A DNA stretch of 64,000 nucleotides from Acidobacteriota bacterium (lineage in GTDB: Bacteria > Acidobacteriota > Terriglobia > Terriglobales > SCQP01): positions 23,800 to 87,799 of the forward strand of contig DAHUYO010000002.1 of the NCBI GenBank assembly GCA_027315185.1, given 5' to 3'. Under the pieces are notes generated by a model. The model made no database searches. It was not told the origin of the DNA and worked only from the letters and a program-made list of their open reading frames with translations. Below are positions 49,233-60,254 of this stretch, piece after piece. A program made the position numbers and the translations under genes. Numbering within the stretch: position 1 is the stretch's first letter; every line of letters starts with the position of its first letter.

Positions 49233-51677
49233 ATGACGGACCTTTGGGCGGGCGGACCGGGCAGTTGGGCGCGAGCGGGGTGGCGGGCCATCCGGCGCTC
49301 GCCGGGACTGAGCGCGGTGGCGATCGTGACCTTGGCGCTGGGCATCGGCGCCAACACCGCGGTCTTCAGCGTCGTGGACGCGGTGCTGCTCCGCCCCCTG
49401 CCCTACGCGCAGCCGCAAAGGCTAGTGGCGATTCGCGAGAGCGCGCCGCCGCAATTTCCGGTCATGTCCGTCTCGCTGCCGGACTATTACGACTGGGTGC
49501 AGCAAACTAAGACGCTGGAACTGGGGGCGTACCGCCAGACCGGCTTCAATTTGACCGCGCCGGGCACGCAGCCGGAAGCCCTGCAAAGCGCCCAGGTCAC
49601 CGCCAATTTATTTCCCATCCTCGGCGTCCAGCCGCAACTGGGCCGCGATTTCACCGCCAAGGAAGACGCGCCCGGCGGGCCGCGCGTGGCGATGCTGTCC
49701 AACGCCCTGTGGCGGCGGCGCTTCGGCGGCAACCGCCAAATCGTGGGCCGGGCCGTAACGCTGAACGGCAATCCCTATACCGTCATCGGCGTCATGCCGC
49801 CGGGCTTCGATTTTCCCGGCAAGATTCGGCTGTGGGTTTCCCTCGGCGCGCTGCGCGCCACCAAACCGTTATCTAACCGGGGCAATCATCCGGGAATCGT
49901 CGGTATTGGGCGGCTGCGCGCCGGGTCCACGCTGGCCCAGGCGCGGGCGGAAATGACCGCCATCGCCCGGCGCCTCAGCCTGGCCTATCCCAAAAGCAAC
50001 ACCGGCGTGGGCGTGCGCCTGGTCCGCTATCTGCAATATTCCGTACGCGGCGCGGGCGCGGCGCTTTGGGCGCTGCTGGCGGCGGTGGGGCTGGTCCTGC
50101 TGATCGCCTGCGCCAATCTGGCCAATTTACTGCTGGCGCGGGCGGCGGCGCGGCGGCAGGAGTTCGCCGTGCGCGCGGCGCTGGGCGCCAGCCGCCGGCA
50201 AATTTGGACGCAGGTTTTTGGCGAAAGCCTGACGCTGGCGCTGCTGGGCGGCGCGGCGGGGTTGGCCGTGGCGGCCATCGGCGTGCATATGGCCATACCG
50301 TTGATGCCGCCCGATCTGCCCCGCGCGCGCCAGCTCGGGCTCGATTGGCGCGTGTTGCTGTTTACCATCGCGGTGGCCGTCGCCTGCGGCGTGCTGTTCG
50401 GCTTGGCGCCCGCCTGGCGCCACGGCGAGACCGGCGTACATGACGCGCTGAAGGAAGGCGGACGCGGCGGCGCCGAAGCCCGCGGCGGCCGCCGCCTGCG
50501 CGACGCGCTGATCGTCGCCGAGGTTGCCCTGGCGCTGGTGCTGCTGGCGGGCGCGGGATTGCTGCTGCGCAGCTTCATGGCGGTGTTGAGCACCAGCCCG
50601 GGTTTCAATCCGCGGCACGAATTGTTGTTCGAAGTTACCCTGCCGCAGCGGCGCTTTCCCAAAGCGCCGCAACAGGCGGCGTTCTTCCGCCAGGCGCTGG
50701 TGCAACTGCGCCGCTTGCCCGGCGTCACCGCCGCCGCGGTTTCCATGCCCATGCCCTTTACCGGCAGCGACTGGGAAAGCGATTACCGCGTCGTGGGCCG
50801 GCCCAAACCCGCGCCGGGCCATTCGCCCTCGAGCAACTTCGCCATCGTCAGCCCCAGCTTCTTCCGCACCATGCGCATCCCCTTGTTGCGCGGCCGCTAT
50901 TTCACCGCCGCCGACAACGCCAAAAGCCCCCACGTGGTGATCATCAGCCAAGATTTCGCCCGCAAGGATTGGGGCGGGGCCGCCCGGGCCGTCGGCCAGC
51001 AGATCAAAACCCAGGGCTTCACGGCCACCATCGTCGGCGTGGTTCCCCGCATCAAGACCGAGGGCCTAACCGGCGACACGGAGATGGACAAGCTGCCGGA
51101 GGCCTATGTTCCCCTGGCGCAGTATCCGGTCAACGACATCTTCTTCGCCCTGCGCGCCGCGCCGGGCCTGAACCCGCTGGCGCTGGCGAATCCAGCGGGG
51201 CGGGCCATCCAATCGCTGGACGCGAACCTGCCCATCGCCAACATCAGCACCATGTCCGCCCTGGTGGCCCGGTCGCTGGCGCCGCGCCGGCTGTCGCTGG
51301 TGCTGGTGCTGGTCTTCGCCGCACTGGCGCTGATCCTTGCCGCGGTCGGCATCTACGGCGTCATGTCCTATGCCGTCGCCCGCACCACCCATGACCTGGG
51401 CCTGCGCATGGCGCTGGGCGCGCGGCGGCGGGACGTGGTGGGCTTGGTGCTGCGACGCGGCCTTCTGCTGGCCGGAGCCGGTGCGGCGGCCGGCTTGGCC
51501 CTGGCGTTGGGTTTAGGCCGATTGGTCGCGGGCTTCCTCTTCGGCGTCCGCGCCGATAATGCCGCCGTCCTAATTGCCGTGGCCGCGGTGCTGCTGGCCG
51601 TGGCGCTGCTCGCCTGTTACCTGCCCGCCCGCCGCGCCAGCCGCGTGGACCCCATGGAAGCGCTGCGCTACGAATAG
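49233..51677 (+). CDS. ADOP family duplicated orphan permease (MacB-like)
   Basis: [30 protein letters not shown], two FtsX halves, and C-terminus [19 protein letters not shown]. Start taken at ATG 49233. Confidence 0.9.
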   Translation: MTDLWAGGPGSWARAGWRAIRRSPGLSAVAIVTLALGIGANTAVFSVVDAVLLRPLPYAQPQRLVAIRESAPPQFPVMSVSLPDYYDWVQQTKTLELGAYRQTGFNLTAPGTQPEALQSAQVTANLFPILGVQPQLGRDFTAKEDAPGGPRVAMLSNALWRRRFGGNRQIVGRAVTLNGNPYTVIGVMPPGFDFPGKIRLWVSLGALRATKPLSNRGNHPGIVGIGRLRAGSTLAQARAEMTAIARRLSLAYPKSNTGVGVRLVRYLQYSVRGAGAALWALLAAVGLVLLIACANLANLLLARAAARRQEFAVRAALGASRRQIWTQVFGESLTLALLGGAAGLAVAAIGVHMAIPLMPPDLPRARQLGLDWRVLLFTIAVAVACGVLFGLAPAWRHGETGVHDALKEGGRGGAEARGGRRLRDALIVAEVALALVLLAGAGLLLRSFMAVLSTSPGFNPRHELLFEVTLPQRRFPKAPQQAAFFRQALVQLRRLPGVTAAAVSMPMPFTGSDWESDYRVVGRPKPAPGHSPSSNFAIVSPSFFRTMRIPLLRGRYFTAADNAKSPHVVIISQDFARKDWGGAARAVGQQIKTQGFTATIVGVVPRIKTEGLTGDTEMDKLPEAYVPLAQYPVNDIFFALRAAPGLNPLALANPAGRAIQSLDANLPIANISTMSALVARSLAPRRLSLVLVLVFAALALILAAVGIYGVMSYAVARTTHDLGLRMALGARRRDVVGLVLRRGLLLAGAGAAAGLALALGLGRLVAGFLFGVRADNAAVLIAVAAVLLAVALLACYLPARRASRVDPMEALRYE

Positions 51678-51683
51678 GCTCCT

Positions 51684-51740
51684 TATTGACAGGCGCGGGC
51701 CCCAGCCCCGCCTGCGGCGGGGGCGTCCCGCTTGGACCGG
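51684..51740 (+). repeat. family A palindromic element
   Basis: ttattgacaggcgcGGGCCCCAGCCCCGCCTGCGGCGGGGGCGTCCCGCttggaccgg, 7 nt after the ADOP stop. Confidence 0.85.
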
Positions 51741-51927
51741 CGCGGCGCCGGGGACCGCGCCGCCTCATTTGCCGGGGCCGGACCGAAGCGTTCCTCTGCG
51801 CGCCACGGGCGCGCTGGGAGTTTCGCGGTCTTTCCACCGATGCTGGGGCAAAAGGCGCGGCCCCCGCGATGGGCCACTTTGCCGCGCCGCGCGCCGCGCT
51901 GCCTTATGCCGCGCCATCCCTCATCGC

Positions 51928-53196
51928 ATGGCCGAAGCCGCCAAGCCGGACACGCTGCCGTTCCGCCGCGTAGTTCTCATTGTGTTGGATGGCGTCGGCG
52001 CCGGGGCTCTGCCCGACGCCGCGCGCTATGGCGACGCCGGCGCCGATACGCTGGGCCATATTCACGCCCGCCAACCGTTGCGCATCCCGAACCTGCGGCG
52101 CTTGGGCATCGGCCATTTGCACCCCGCCTTGGGCCGCGGCGCCGCCGCGCCGCTCGGTTCTTATGGCCGGTGCGCGATCGTCTCCGACGGCAAGGACACC
52201 ACCACCGGCCATTGGGAAATGGCGGGGATCATTTTGCAGCAGGGATTTCCCACCTATCCGCATGGCTTTCCTCGCGAGCTGATCGCCGCGTTCGAAACCC
52301 GGATCGGACGGCCCACCTTGGGCAATGTCGCCGCCAGCGGCACGGAGATTATCGAGCGGCTAGGCGCGGAGCATATGCGCACCGGCGCGCCGATCGTCTA
52401 CACCTCCGCCGACAGCGTCTTCCAGGTCGCGGCGCATGAGGATGTCATTCCCGTCTCCGAGTTGTACCGCATCTGCGCCATCGCCAGAGATTTGCTGCAA
52501 GGTCCGCACCGGGTGGGGCGGGTGATTGCGCGCCCGTTCACCGGCCCGGGTCCGGGCCGATTCCAGCGCACGCGCCGGCGGCATGATTACGCGGTTCCGC
52601 CGCCCGAGGGCATGCTGCTCGACCAGCTAGCCGTGGCGGACGTGCCGGTGCTGGCCGTCGGCAAAATCGCCGACATTTTTCTCGGCCGCGGCATCCAGCG
52701 CCACTTGCCCATGGATTCGAACGCTCACGCCATGCGGCAGATCGAGGCGGCGCTCGGCGGCTTCCCGCGCGGCTTGCTCTTCGCCAACCTGGTGGACTTC
52801 GACATGCTGTATGGCCATAGGAACGACGTCGCCGGTTTCGCCGCCGCCTTGGAAGCCTTCGACGCCGATTTGGGCCGCCTATTGCCGGCATTGCGAGCCG
52901 CGGATTTATTGCTGCTTACCGCCGACCATGGCTGCGATCCCACCACCGCCACCACGGATCATTCCCGGGAATACGCGCCGCTCCTGGCCTACGCCCCCGG
53001 CGCCGCCGGCGAGAATTTGGGCATGTGCGCCTCCCTGGCGGATCTCGGCAAAACCGTGGCGGACGCCTTCGCAGTGCCGCTGGAACATGGGGATTCCTTT
53101 TTGCCGCGCATACGGCCCGCGCCCGCGCGCCAGGCCGCCCAGCGCCAAACACCCCGCCGACCGGTCCGGAATCGGCGCCAGCGCAGCGAAAGCTAG
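51928..53196 (+). CDS. deoB: phosphopentomutase
   Basis: [60 protein letters not shown] and [10 protein letters not shown]. The upstream part of the track ORF (from 51574) overlaps the previous gene and a repeat. Confidence 0.92.
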   Translation: MAEAAKPDTLPFRRVVLIVLDGVGAGALPDAARYGDAGADTLGHIHARQPLRIPNLRRLGIGHLHPALGRGAAAPLGSYGRCAIVSDGKDTTTGHWEMAGIILQQGFPTYPHGFPRELIAAFETRIGRPTLGNVAASGTEIIERLGAEHMRTGAPIVYTSADSVFQVAAHEDVIPVSELYRICAIARDLLQGPHRVGRVIARPFTGPGPGRFQRTRRRHDYAVPPPEGMLLDQLAVADVPVLAVGKIADIFLGRGIQRHLPMDSNAHAMRQIEAALGGFPRGLLFANLVDFDMLYGHRNDVAGFAAALEAFDADLGRLLPALRAADLLLLTADHGCDPTTATTDHSREYAPLLAYAPGAAGENLGMCASLADLGKTVADAFAVPLEHGDSFLPRIRPAPARQAAQRQTPRRPVRNRRQRSES

Positions 53197-53334
53197 GATG
53201 GCCGTCCCGGCTGCCCAGCGAAGCTGCCGCCCCGGCCGTCATTCACCGCCGCCAAACGCTCCGTCGCTCAGCGCGGATTAGGCCCCAGCCCCAGGAGGCG
53301 TCGCCGCATCCCCCATCCCCCGTCCCTCGTCCCC

Positions 53335-53510
53335 CGTTCGTTGGGTAGGGCTCCTGCCCTGCGTGCCGTCGCCTCCCGGGCGGCGCAATCTCGCCGCCCC
53401 GCCCGCGCAAAGAACTTGGGATGGGCGGCCCCGCCTGTCCGCCCCGCGCTACCCGGCCGCGCCGAGCTCGACCCTACGCAAGCCGGAGGCATACCCCACC
53501 GCATGAAGCC
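53335..53510 (+). repeat. composite intergenic repeat (modules Q then P)
   Basis: gggtagggctcctgccctgcgtgccgtcgcctcccgggcggcg ... cctacgcaagccggaggcataccccacc. Confidence 0.7.
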
Positions 53511-53718
53511 TCGTCCGCGCCCAATGCTAGCGGGCCGGCGGCCCGCGCCCCCCAGGGCAGCCCCGCCAGCGGGAGCGTCCGGCACACGTGCGACTGATCC
53601 GCATTCCGCCCAGCGCCAGAGGAAACGTATGCCTGCAAGGATGCCTGGCCGCAGGAACGGTGGCGGGCGGCGGCGGGGGAATGATACTGTCGGCGTAACT
53701 GCCCTCTTCGCGGCGCGT

Positions 53719-55149
53719 ATGCCCTGTCGCCTCAATCCACGGTCCGTGCCGGTCGTGATCCTTCTAGCCGGCGCCTTGCTGGCCAGTTGCGGCGGCAACC
53801 GCGGCCTGAACGGAATTGGCGCCACCCCCAGCGGCGGCGGCCAAGCCGGCGCGGTGACGCTCTCGCTCAGCGATCCCGCCACCTGCGGCGGCGGCGCGCC
53901 GTACACCGCGGTCTATCTCACCATCACCGACGTCGAGGCCAGCCCCAACGCCAACGCCGCGCCCGGCGATTCCAGCTTCGTGGACCTGACGCCCAACCTC
54001 AAATCGGCGCCGATGCAGATTGATCTGGTGGGCGGCTCCAGCCAGTGCATTTTGGCCACGCTGGCCAATGCGGTCCAGGCGACGGCGCAAAAGTACGCGC
54101 AGATTCGCGTGTTCCTGGCGCCGGATTCGGATGCTGGATCCATTTCGGCGAACCAGTGCGGCAACTACGCCAACTGCGCGGTCACCTCCGGAGGCACGAC
54201 GCCCATCGCCGTGGGTACGGCGGCGACGAATGGCATCGCCATTACCGGAGCGGCGCTGGACGGCGGCTTCACCGTCAGCAGCGGCGCCACGGCCACGGTG
54301 AACGTGAACTTCGACATCTGCGCCGATCTGGCGGCGAACGCCAGCGGCCAGCTCACGCTCAATCCCGCGCTCAGCGCCGGCGCCATCAACGCGCAAGGCG
54401 ACACTATCAGCGGAACGTTCCAGGACGGAACCACGCACGCGCCGGTGACCGGGCCGGTGCTGGTGGCGCTGGAACAAAATCAAAGCGGCACGGACCGCGT
54501 GCTGATGCAGACCTTCGCCGCCAGCAGCGGTTCGTTCCAGTTTTGCCCCGTGCCCGCGGGCAATTATGAAGTGGTCGCCGGCGCGGTGAGCAGCAGCGGC
54601 GGGCAATATTCGCCCACCGCGGTGTTGCAGGTGCCGAACGGCGCCAATTTATCCAGTCCGCCGGTACCTCTCTATGCCGGCAACGGAACCAACGGTTCGC
54701 CGGCGACCATCTCCGCCACCGTCACCAGCAGCGGCAGCGGCAACGCGCCCGTGCCGGTGGCGGCCAGCCTAACACTGCAAGCGAAGGTCACGCCCAGCGC
54801 CGGCGCAACTTATTCGCTGGCAATCCCGCTTCCGGCGAAAGCCGCGACGGTGTTCCCGTTGGCCACCGCCACTGCTTCCACCTGCGCCGCCGGAACCGCC
54901 TGTGCTGGCCCGCTCACGCTGCAAGCCCCGGCCCTGTTCGTCAGCTTTGGGCAATACGCCGCCGGCGCCATGCTGATCCAGAACAACACCAACGTCTCGG
55001 CGGCCTATCTGCTGGACGCCCGCGCCTCCGTGCTGGCTGGCGCCGGCCAGCCCGACTGCACCCCCGCGGAAGTGACGCAGACGCCCGGCCAAATCTCCCC
55101 CAACGCGAATCTCACCGCGCCGCCGCTGGCCTTTACCGGCTGCCAATAG
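53719..55149 (+). CDS. DUF4382 domain lipoprotein
   Basis: Lipobox LLAGALLASCGG. The N-terminal block VTLSLSDPA...YLTITDVEA...FVDLTPN...MQIDLVGG...YAQIRVFL fits the DUF4382 pattern. The rest is Ser/Thr/Ala/Gly-rich. The upstream 126 codons of the track ORF are repeat DNA. Confidence 0.7.
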   Translation: MPCRLNPRSVPVVILLAGALLASCGGNRGLNGIGATPSGGGQAGAVTLSLSDPATCGGGAPYTAVYLTITDVEASPNANAAPGDSSFVDLTPNLKSAPMQIDLVGGSSQCILATLANAVQATAQKYAQIRVFLAPDSDAGSISANQCGNYANCAVTSGGTTPIAVGTAATNGIAITGAALDGGFTVSSGATATVNVNFDICADLAANASGQLTLNPALSAGAINAQGDTISGTFQDGTTHAPVTGPVLVALEQNQSGTDRVLMQTFAASSGSFQFCPVPAGNYEVVAGAVSSSGGQYSPTAVLQVPNGANLSSPPVPLYAGNGTNGSPATISATVTSSGSGNAPVPVAASLTLQAKVTPSAGATYSLAIPLPAKAATVFPLATATASTCAAGTACAGPLTLQAPALFVSFGQYAAGAMLIQNNTNVSAAYLLDARASVLAGAGQPDCTPAEVTQTPGQISPNANLTAPPLAFTGCQ

Positions 55150-55336
55150 CCGCGCACGCGCCCCAGGAGGGGCGGCCCGCCGGCCGAACGCAAGTGCTCC
55201 GCCGCGGCGACCATGGCGTCCTTGCGGCGCGGCGGAGCGCCGCGGGGTGGAACCAATGGATAGGCGCGGCCCCCGCGACTGGCGAGCTACGAGCGCTGGT
55301 AGTAGCCAAATCGGCTGTCTATGCTAATCCGTTCGC

Positions 55337-58267
55337 ATGGCAAACGGCTCCCCCACGCTCCGTAGGCTGGCCCTTACCCTGCTGCTGGCCGCCGCGTTCG
55401 CCCTCGCCGCGTTCGCCCAAACTCCGGATACCGCCGCCATCCGCGGCGTCGTCACCGACCCCAGCGGCGCGGCGGTCCCGGCGGCGGTGGTCGTCGCCCA
55501 CAACAGCCAGACGGGGGCGCGCTACACCGCGATCACAGGAGCGCACGGGCAGTTTCACCTGGCGGATTTGCCCGTGGCCGGACGGTATTCCCTGCGCGCC
55601 TCGCATCCCGGTTTCGCCGCCGCCGCCGTCCATCGCCTGCGCCTCACCGGCGGCCAGACAGCCAGCGTCACGCTGACTCTCCCGCTGGCCGGCACATCCG
55701 CCGAGGTCACCGTCACCGGAGCGGTGGGCGTGGTCAACGCCCGCGAGCCGCAACTGGGCATCACCCTGGGCCGCAGGCAGTTGGCCGCGACGCCGCTGCC
55801 CAACCGCCGCCTGACCAGCGTGGCGCTGCTGAACTCCGCCAACCGCCAGGCGCTGAACCAAGGCGATGAGTTCCAGAACCAGACCATGTTCACCACCAAC
55901 GGCGCGGGCCGGCGGCAGACCAGCTTCGAGGTGGACGGCAGCACGGGCAATGACAGCTGGGGCCGCCAGAGCATCTTCACCAATGTCCCGCTCGACGCCA
56001 TCCAGCAGTTGACCGTGCTGACCAACGCCTTCTCCGCCCAGTACGGCGGCACCATGGGAGCGGCGGTGAACATCGTCACGCGCAGCGGCGGCGACCATTG
56101 GCACGGCTCGCTGCTGGAAGCCTGGCGGCCCGGCGCCACGGAGGGCGCCCTCCCGGGGCTTACCAAGCTGTTCGATGGCCAAAGCGCCGCCACTGACGTG
56201 CTCCACCAAACCGCGTGGAGCCTGTCGGGGCCGCTGACGCGCAATACGCAGTTCTATTTGGCCGGCGAACTCAGCTACCAAGACCGCGGCTCGCTGATCA
56301 CCTCGCCGGCCGCGCCCGGGGTCTTCACCGGGCATTACCGCGACGGCATGGAGTATTTCCGCCTCGACCACCAGTTCAGCGATACCCACCGGGCGTTCCT
56401 CCGCCTCGATGCCGACCGCTTCTACGACACCAACCCCAACAACGCCGTCGGCGGCTTCGCCCTGCCCAGCTCCGACCGCATCTACCAGCGCCGCACCTAC
56501 ACGGTGCAGGGCGGCGACGACCTGGCCCTGGGCGCGGATTTCGTCAACGCCCTGCGGCTGCAATTCCAGCTGGCTTCGCCGATCACCAGCTTCACGCCGG
56601 CGGCGTACAGCACGCAGTACGTGGTGCCGAACGTGCTGACCGCGGGCGCTTCGCAGTCCGCCTACCTGCTGAACCATCAATATGAAGTGACCGATACGCT
56701 GAGCGTCGTCCACGGCCCGCATGAAATCAACTTTGGCGCCGATGCCATCGTTTCCGCCGCCGGCGGCGACAGCCTGGAAAGCGGCGGGCCGATCACCGCG
56801 GGTCAGGTCACGTTCAACCCCTGCCCGGCGGGGCTGACGCTGGCCTACTGCGCCTCGCCCGCCTACCTTACGCTCGCCAACGTGCAGCGCTACACGCAGG
56901 GCTTCGGCAACGCCAGCTACACGGTGGACAGCACCCTGTGGGCGCTGTTCGCGCAGGATCACTACCAGCTGGGGCGGAACCTGACGCTGGACTACGGCCT
57001 GCGCTATTCGCAGCAGACCTTCAGCGATTCCCGCGGTGATATCGCGCCGCGGCTGGGCTTCGCCTACGACTTTCATGGCACGGTCGTGCGCGGCGGCTAT
57101 GGATTGTTCTATGGCCAGTTGCCGGACAATTTGGCCGGCAACTACGCCATTGATGGGCCGCAAGGAACGTTCAACTACACCGCCTTCCCCGGCGGCATCG
57201 GCTTCCCGGCCAGTCTCTCGGCGCTGCCCTTGCCCGCCTTTCCGGCCGGCGTGGTGCTGCCACCGCGCAGCATCTACGTCCGCCCTGGCGACAGCGCCTA
57301 TCTTGATCCGTTCTTCCCCACCTCCGTGCTGCCCTTGTACCCGACGGCGTTGGTCAACCCCTACGCCGAGCAATGGACGCTGGGCGTGCAGCGCGCCGTC
57401 GCCCCAGGCTGGATGCTCAGCCTGGACTACGTCGGTTCGCATTCCGTGCACGTCAACCGCCGGCTGGACATCAACCCCCCGGCGCCGTTCGTCCGCACCG
57501 CCCCCGGCCAGGTCCTCTCGCCGGGCGCGGCCAACTGCACTCGGCCGTATTGGGTGTGGTGGTACCGGCAGCGCGGGCTGGCCTGCCTGGCGTCGCCGCC
57601 CGCCGGCTATCCCCAACCGCCGTACAGCATCATTGACACCAGCATCAACGACGGGTACGGCTTCTACGACGGGCTGGAGGCCAACCTGGAGCACCGCTTC
57701 GCCGGCGGATTTTCGCTGCTGGCCAGCTACACCTGGTCGCACACGCTGGACAACGTGGATCCGGACGTCAAATCGCCCGACCAGATGCCCAACCTGAATA
57801 CCCAGACCGGCGCCGCCGAATACGGTAACGCCGCCTTCGACCAGCCGCAGCGGCTGGTGGTCAGCGGCACCTGGACGGGGCCCTGGGCCCTGCAAATCGG
57901 CGGCGTGGAGACGCTGGCCTCCGGGCTGCCCTACAACATCGTGACCGGCGCTAACAACAGCGGCGACGGCCAAACCGCCGACCGGCCAGTGATCCACGGC
58001 GCGGTCATCGGCCGCAACACGGCTCGCGGCACGCCCTTCTACGAAACCGATCTGTTCGTGCAGCGGGCGATGATGCTCACCGAAACTCTGCGCCTCAATC
58101 TCCGCCTGGAGTCGTTCAACCTGTTCAACCACGCCAACGTGGTCGGCTTCAATGGCGTCTGGGGCAACGGCGCCACGCCGGCGCCGGGCTTCGGCCAGCC
58201 ACTCAGCGGCATCACCAACGTGCTGCCCCCGCGCGAGATCCAGTTCCTCGCCCAGCTGTCGTTTTAG
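55337..58267 (+). CDS. TonB-dependent receptor with carboxypeptidase-regulatory-like N-terminal domain
   Basis: Signal peptide, IRGVVTDPSGAAVPAAVVVAHN...G.F.L.DLPVGRY (CarboxypepD_reg), plug/barrel blocks, and a C-terminal barrel strand REIQFLAQLSF. Confidence 0.9.
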   Translation: MANGSPTLRRLALTLLLAAAFALAAFAQTPDTAAIRGVVTDPSGAAVPAAVVVAHNSQTGARYTAITGAHGQFHLADLPVAGRYSLRASHPGFAAAAVHRLRLTGGQTASVTLTLPLAGTSAEVTVTGAVGVVNAREPQLGITLGRRQLAATPLPNRRLTSVALLNSANRQALNQGDEFQNQTMFTTNGAGRRQTSFEVDGSTGNDSWGRQSIFTNVPLDAIQQLTVLTNAFSAQYGGTMGAAVNIVTRSGGDHWHGSLLEAWRPGATEGALPGLTKLFDGQSAATDVLHQTAWSLSGPLTRNTQFYLAGELSYQDRGSLITSPAAPGVFTGHYRDGMEYFRLDHQFSDTHRAFLRLDADRFYDTNPNNAVGGFALPSSDRIYQRRTYTVQGGDDLALGADFVNALRLQFQLASPITSFTPAAYSTQYVVPNVLTAGASQSAYLLNHQYEVTDTLSVVHGPHEINFGADAIVSAAGGDSLESGGPITAGQVTFNPCPAGLTLAYCASPAYLTLANVQRYTQGFGNASYTVDSTLWALFAQDHYQLGRNLTLDYGLRYSQQTFSDSRGDIAPRLGFAYDFHGTVVRGGYGLFYGQLPDNLAGNYAIDGPQGTFNYTAFPGGIGFPASLSALPLPAFPAGVVLPPRSIYVRPGDSAYLDPFFPTSVLPLYPTALVNPYAEQWTLGVQRAVAPGWMLSLDYVGSHSVHVNRRLDINPPAPFVRTAPGQVLSPGAANCTRPYWVWWYRQRGLACLASPPAGYPQPPYSIIDTSINDGYGFYDGLEANLEHRFAGGFSLLASYTWSHTLDNVDPDVKSPDQMPNLNTQTGAAEYGNAAFDQPQRLVVSGTWTGPWALQIGGVETLASGLPYNIVTGANNSGDGQTADRPVIHGAVIGRNTARGTPFYETDLFVQRAMMLTETLRLNLRLESFNLFNHANVVGFNGVWGNGATPAPGFGQPLSGITNVLPPREIQFLAQLSF

Positions 58268-58277
58268 GCGGCGCCGC

Positions 58278-58345
58278 ATTGATGGACGCGGGGTGGGCGC
58301 GGGCCCCAGCCCCGCCGCTGGCGCGGCGTCCCGCGGCAATTGGCG
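58278..58345 (+). repeat. family A palindromic element
   Basis: cattgatggacgcggggtgggcgcGGGCCCCAGCCCCGCCGCTGGCGCGGCGTCCCGCggcaattggcg, 11 nt after the TonB-dependent receptor stop. Confidence 0.85.
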
Positions 58346-58503
58346 TCCCGCCCCGCGAAGCGGTCTCTCATTCCTAGCGTTTTCTAATGAAAATCGGATC
58401 GCTAAGTTGTTTATTTTCTGTGAACAGGAATCAGGGTAGTCACGAAAATCGTGAGAGACGCGGGCGGCGGCAAACCGCCCCCGCAACAGGCTACGCTGAG
58501 GCG

Positions 58504-58794
58504 ATGACGGCGGTGCGGTTCACGGTGCGGGGCGCGGTGCAAGGCGTCGGCTATCGCGCTTTCGCGCAGCGGGAGGCGGCAGCGCTGGGATTGCGCGGCT
58601 GGGTGCGCAACCGCTGGGACGGGGCGGTGGAAGGCGTGGCGATCGGGGGCGAGGAAAAGCTCGCCGCCTTCCGCCACGCCTTGGAGCGCGGTCCCGCCGC
58701 CGCCCGCGTGGAGCGGGTGGAGATGGCGCCGGCGGTGATGGACCGCGAAGAGATGGCCGGCATCTCCGGCTTCCGCATTGAACTCAGCGGCTGA
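58504..58794 (+). CDS. acyP: acylphosphatase
   Basis: FTVRGAVQGVGYRAFAQREAAALGLRGWVRNRWDGAVEG is the classical acylphosphatase signature. Length 96 aa. Confidence 0.9.
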   Translation: MTAVRFTVRGAVQGVGYRAFAQREAAALGLRGWVRNRWDGAVEGVAIGGEEKLAAFRHALERGPAAARVERVEMAPAVMDREEMAGISGFRIELSG

Positions 58795-58882
58795 GCCCGC
58801 CATTGTGCGAGCCACCGCGGCGCCCCGACAAACGGCAGGACCATCGCCGTCCCGGCCCCCACTTCCCGCGCATTGCGTCCGC

Positions 58883-60145
58883 TCAAAAATATGTCTGCAC
58901 GATATCCACCACGCGGTACTCGGCATCCAGCACTGGTATTGCCCGCCATTTATCAAACGTCAGGCAGGGATGCGAAATATCGCATCCAATCAAATCGCCG
59001 ACGCGCAGGTCATCCTCCGCGGCGCAGCGCAAGTACGCATGCTGGTCCATCATCTTCGTGATCGCCCAATGCCCGGGCGCGGCCGACGGCTGCTCCTGCC
59101 CGGGCCGGAATCGCAGCGCCGGCATGGGGAATCCCGCATCAAACGCCGCGTCCCGCTTGCCCAACGTCAGAATCGCCTTCTCCGCCTCCGGCACCGACTG
59201 CACATACGCCCACACCTGCATCGCCGGCTGCAATCCCGAGTGCATGCGCCGTGCCACCGGATTGTTCGCCAGAATCCTCTTTTGCGCCTCCCGGTACGCG
59301 CCGGCATCGTGGGTCAAATAGCACCCGGGACGCAAGACAATCTCCACCGCCTCGCCTAGCCCCGCCTGTGAGAACTCCTCGGCCACCACGTCATACCACG
59401 CGGAACCCGCCCCGGAAAGCACCGCGGGCCGCAGCCCAAAACGCCCCTCCGCCGCCAGCCCGCGCGTTACCTCGACCGCCCGCCGCAAAAATTGTCGAAT
59501 GGCGGCCTCACCGTCAAGCACCCCTTCATACAATTCCAAGCCGCGCAGCGCGACGGAGCCCTCCCATTGCGTCAGCGCCGCCAGCACCGCCCGCAACTGC
59601 TCCTCATCGCGCACGCCGGTGCGCCCGCCCATCACACCCAGTTCCAGCAGCACCGGCAGCCGCTGGCCCCGGCCGGCGAAAAACGCCCCTAGCTGGTCCA
59701 CCTGCGCCGCGGAATCCACCAGGCAGAAATACGCGAAATCCGCATCCTCCAGCAGCCGCGACACGATGGCCATATTTTCCCGGCCCACCAACTGGTTCGC
59801 CATCAGCACGCGCCGTACGCCGTGCTCATACGCCACCCGCGTCTGCTGCGGCGTGGCCAGCGTAATACCCCAGGCTCCATGCTCCAGTTGCATGGCGAAC
59901 AGCGCCGGAGCCATCGTCGTCTTGCCATGCGGCGCCAGCTTGAGGCCATAGGCGGCGATAAACTCCTGCATCCACCGCAGGTTGTGCCGCAACCGGTCTT
60001 GGTACAGCACGGCGGTGGGCAGGCTCAGGTCTTCCCGCAGCAGACTCCAGCCGCGCCGCGCGATTTCCGCCGCGCTCGCCGCCGCCTCCAGGTAGCCGAT
60101 GCCCTTGTACAGCGGGGATATCGCCGTCGGTTGAGCCTGTTTCAC
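58883..60145 (-). CDS. PLP-dependent amino acid deaminase/aldolase (alanine racemase N-terminal fold, D-serine deaminase DSD1/D-threonine aldolase-like)
   Basis: LKLAPHGKTTMAP (PLP-Lys), GITLATPQQ and the C-terminal domain CDISHPCLTFDKW. Start GTG 60145 with GAGG upstream. The track ORF begins at 60280. Confidence 0.8.
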   Translation of the reverse strand: MKQAQPTAISPLYKGIGYLEAAASAAEIARRGWSLLREDLSLPTAVLYQDRLRHNLRWMQEFIAAYGLKLAPHGKTTMAPALFAMQLEHGAWGITLATPQQTRVAYEHGVRRVLMANQLVGRENMAIVSRLLEDADFAYFCLVDSAAQVDQLGAFFAGRGQRLPVLLELGVMGGRTGVRDEEQLRAVLAALTQWEGSVALRGLELYEGVLDGEAAIRQFLRRAVEVTRGLAAEGRFGLRPAVLSGAGSAWYDVVAEEFSQAGLGEAVEIVLRPGCYLTHDAGAYREAQKRILANNPVARRMHSGLQPAMQVWAYVQSVPEAEKAILTLGKRDAAFDAGFPMPALRFRPGQEQPSAAPGHWAITKMMDQHAYLRCAAEDDLRVGDLIGCDISHPCLTFDKWRAIPVLDAEYRVVDIVQTYF

Positions 60146-60254
60146 GGAAGCCTCGCGGGACGACGATTGCTCTTTGATGCGCGCAAGATGCGATCGGCGC
60201 TCCGCCGCCCGCGCAAATTCGCCTCCACAGAGCAATACTCGATCCAGGTCCCCG

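Noticed and set aside
53341-53718. N-terminal 126 codons of the 602-aa track ORF
   Set aside because: This part is encoded by composite repeat DNA (modules Q and P) and is highly basic. A proper lipoprotein signal (LLASC) follows the internal ATG at 53719.
55319-58486. 1055-aa minus-strand ORF
   Set aside because: It is antisense to the TonB-dependent receptor and has an Arg/Gly/Ala/Val-rich low-information sequence. The plus strand has a signal peptide, a CarboxypepD_reg domain and a terminal barrel strand.
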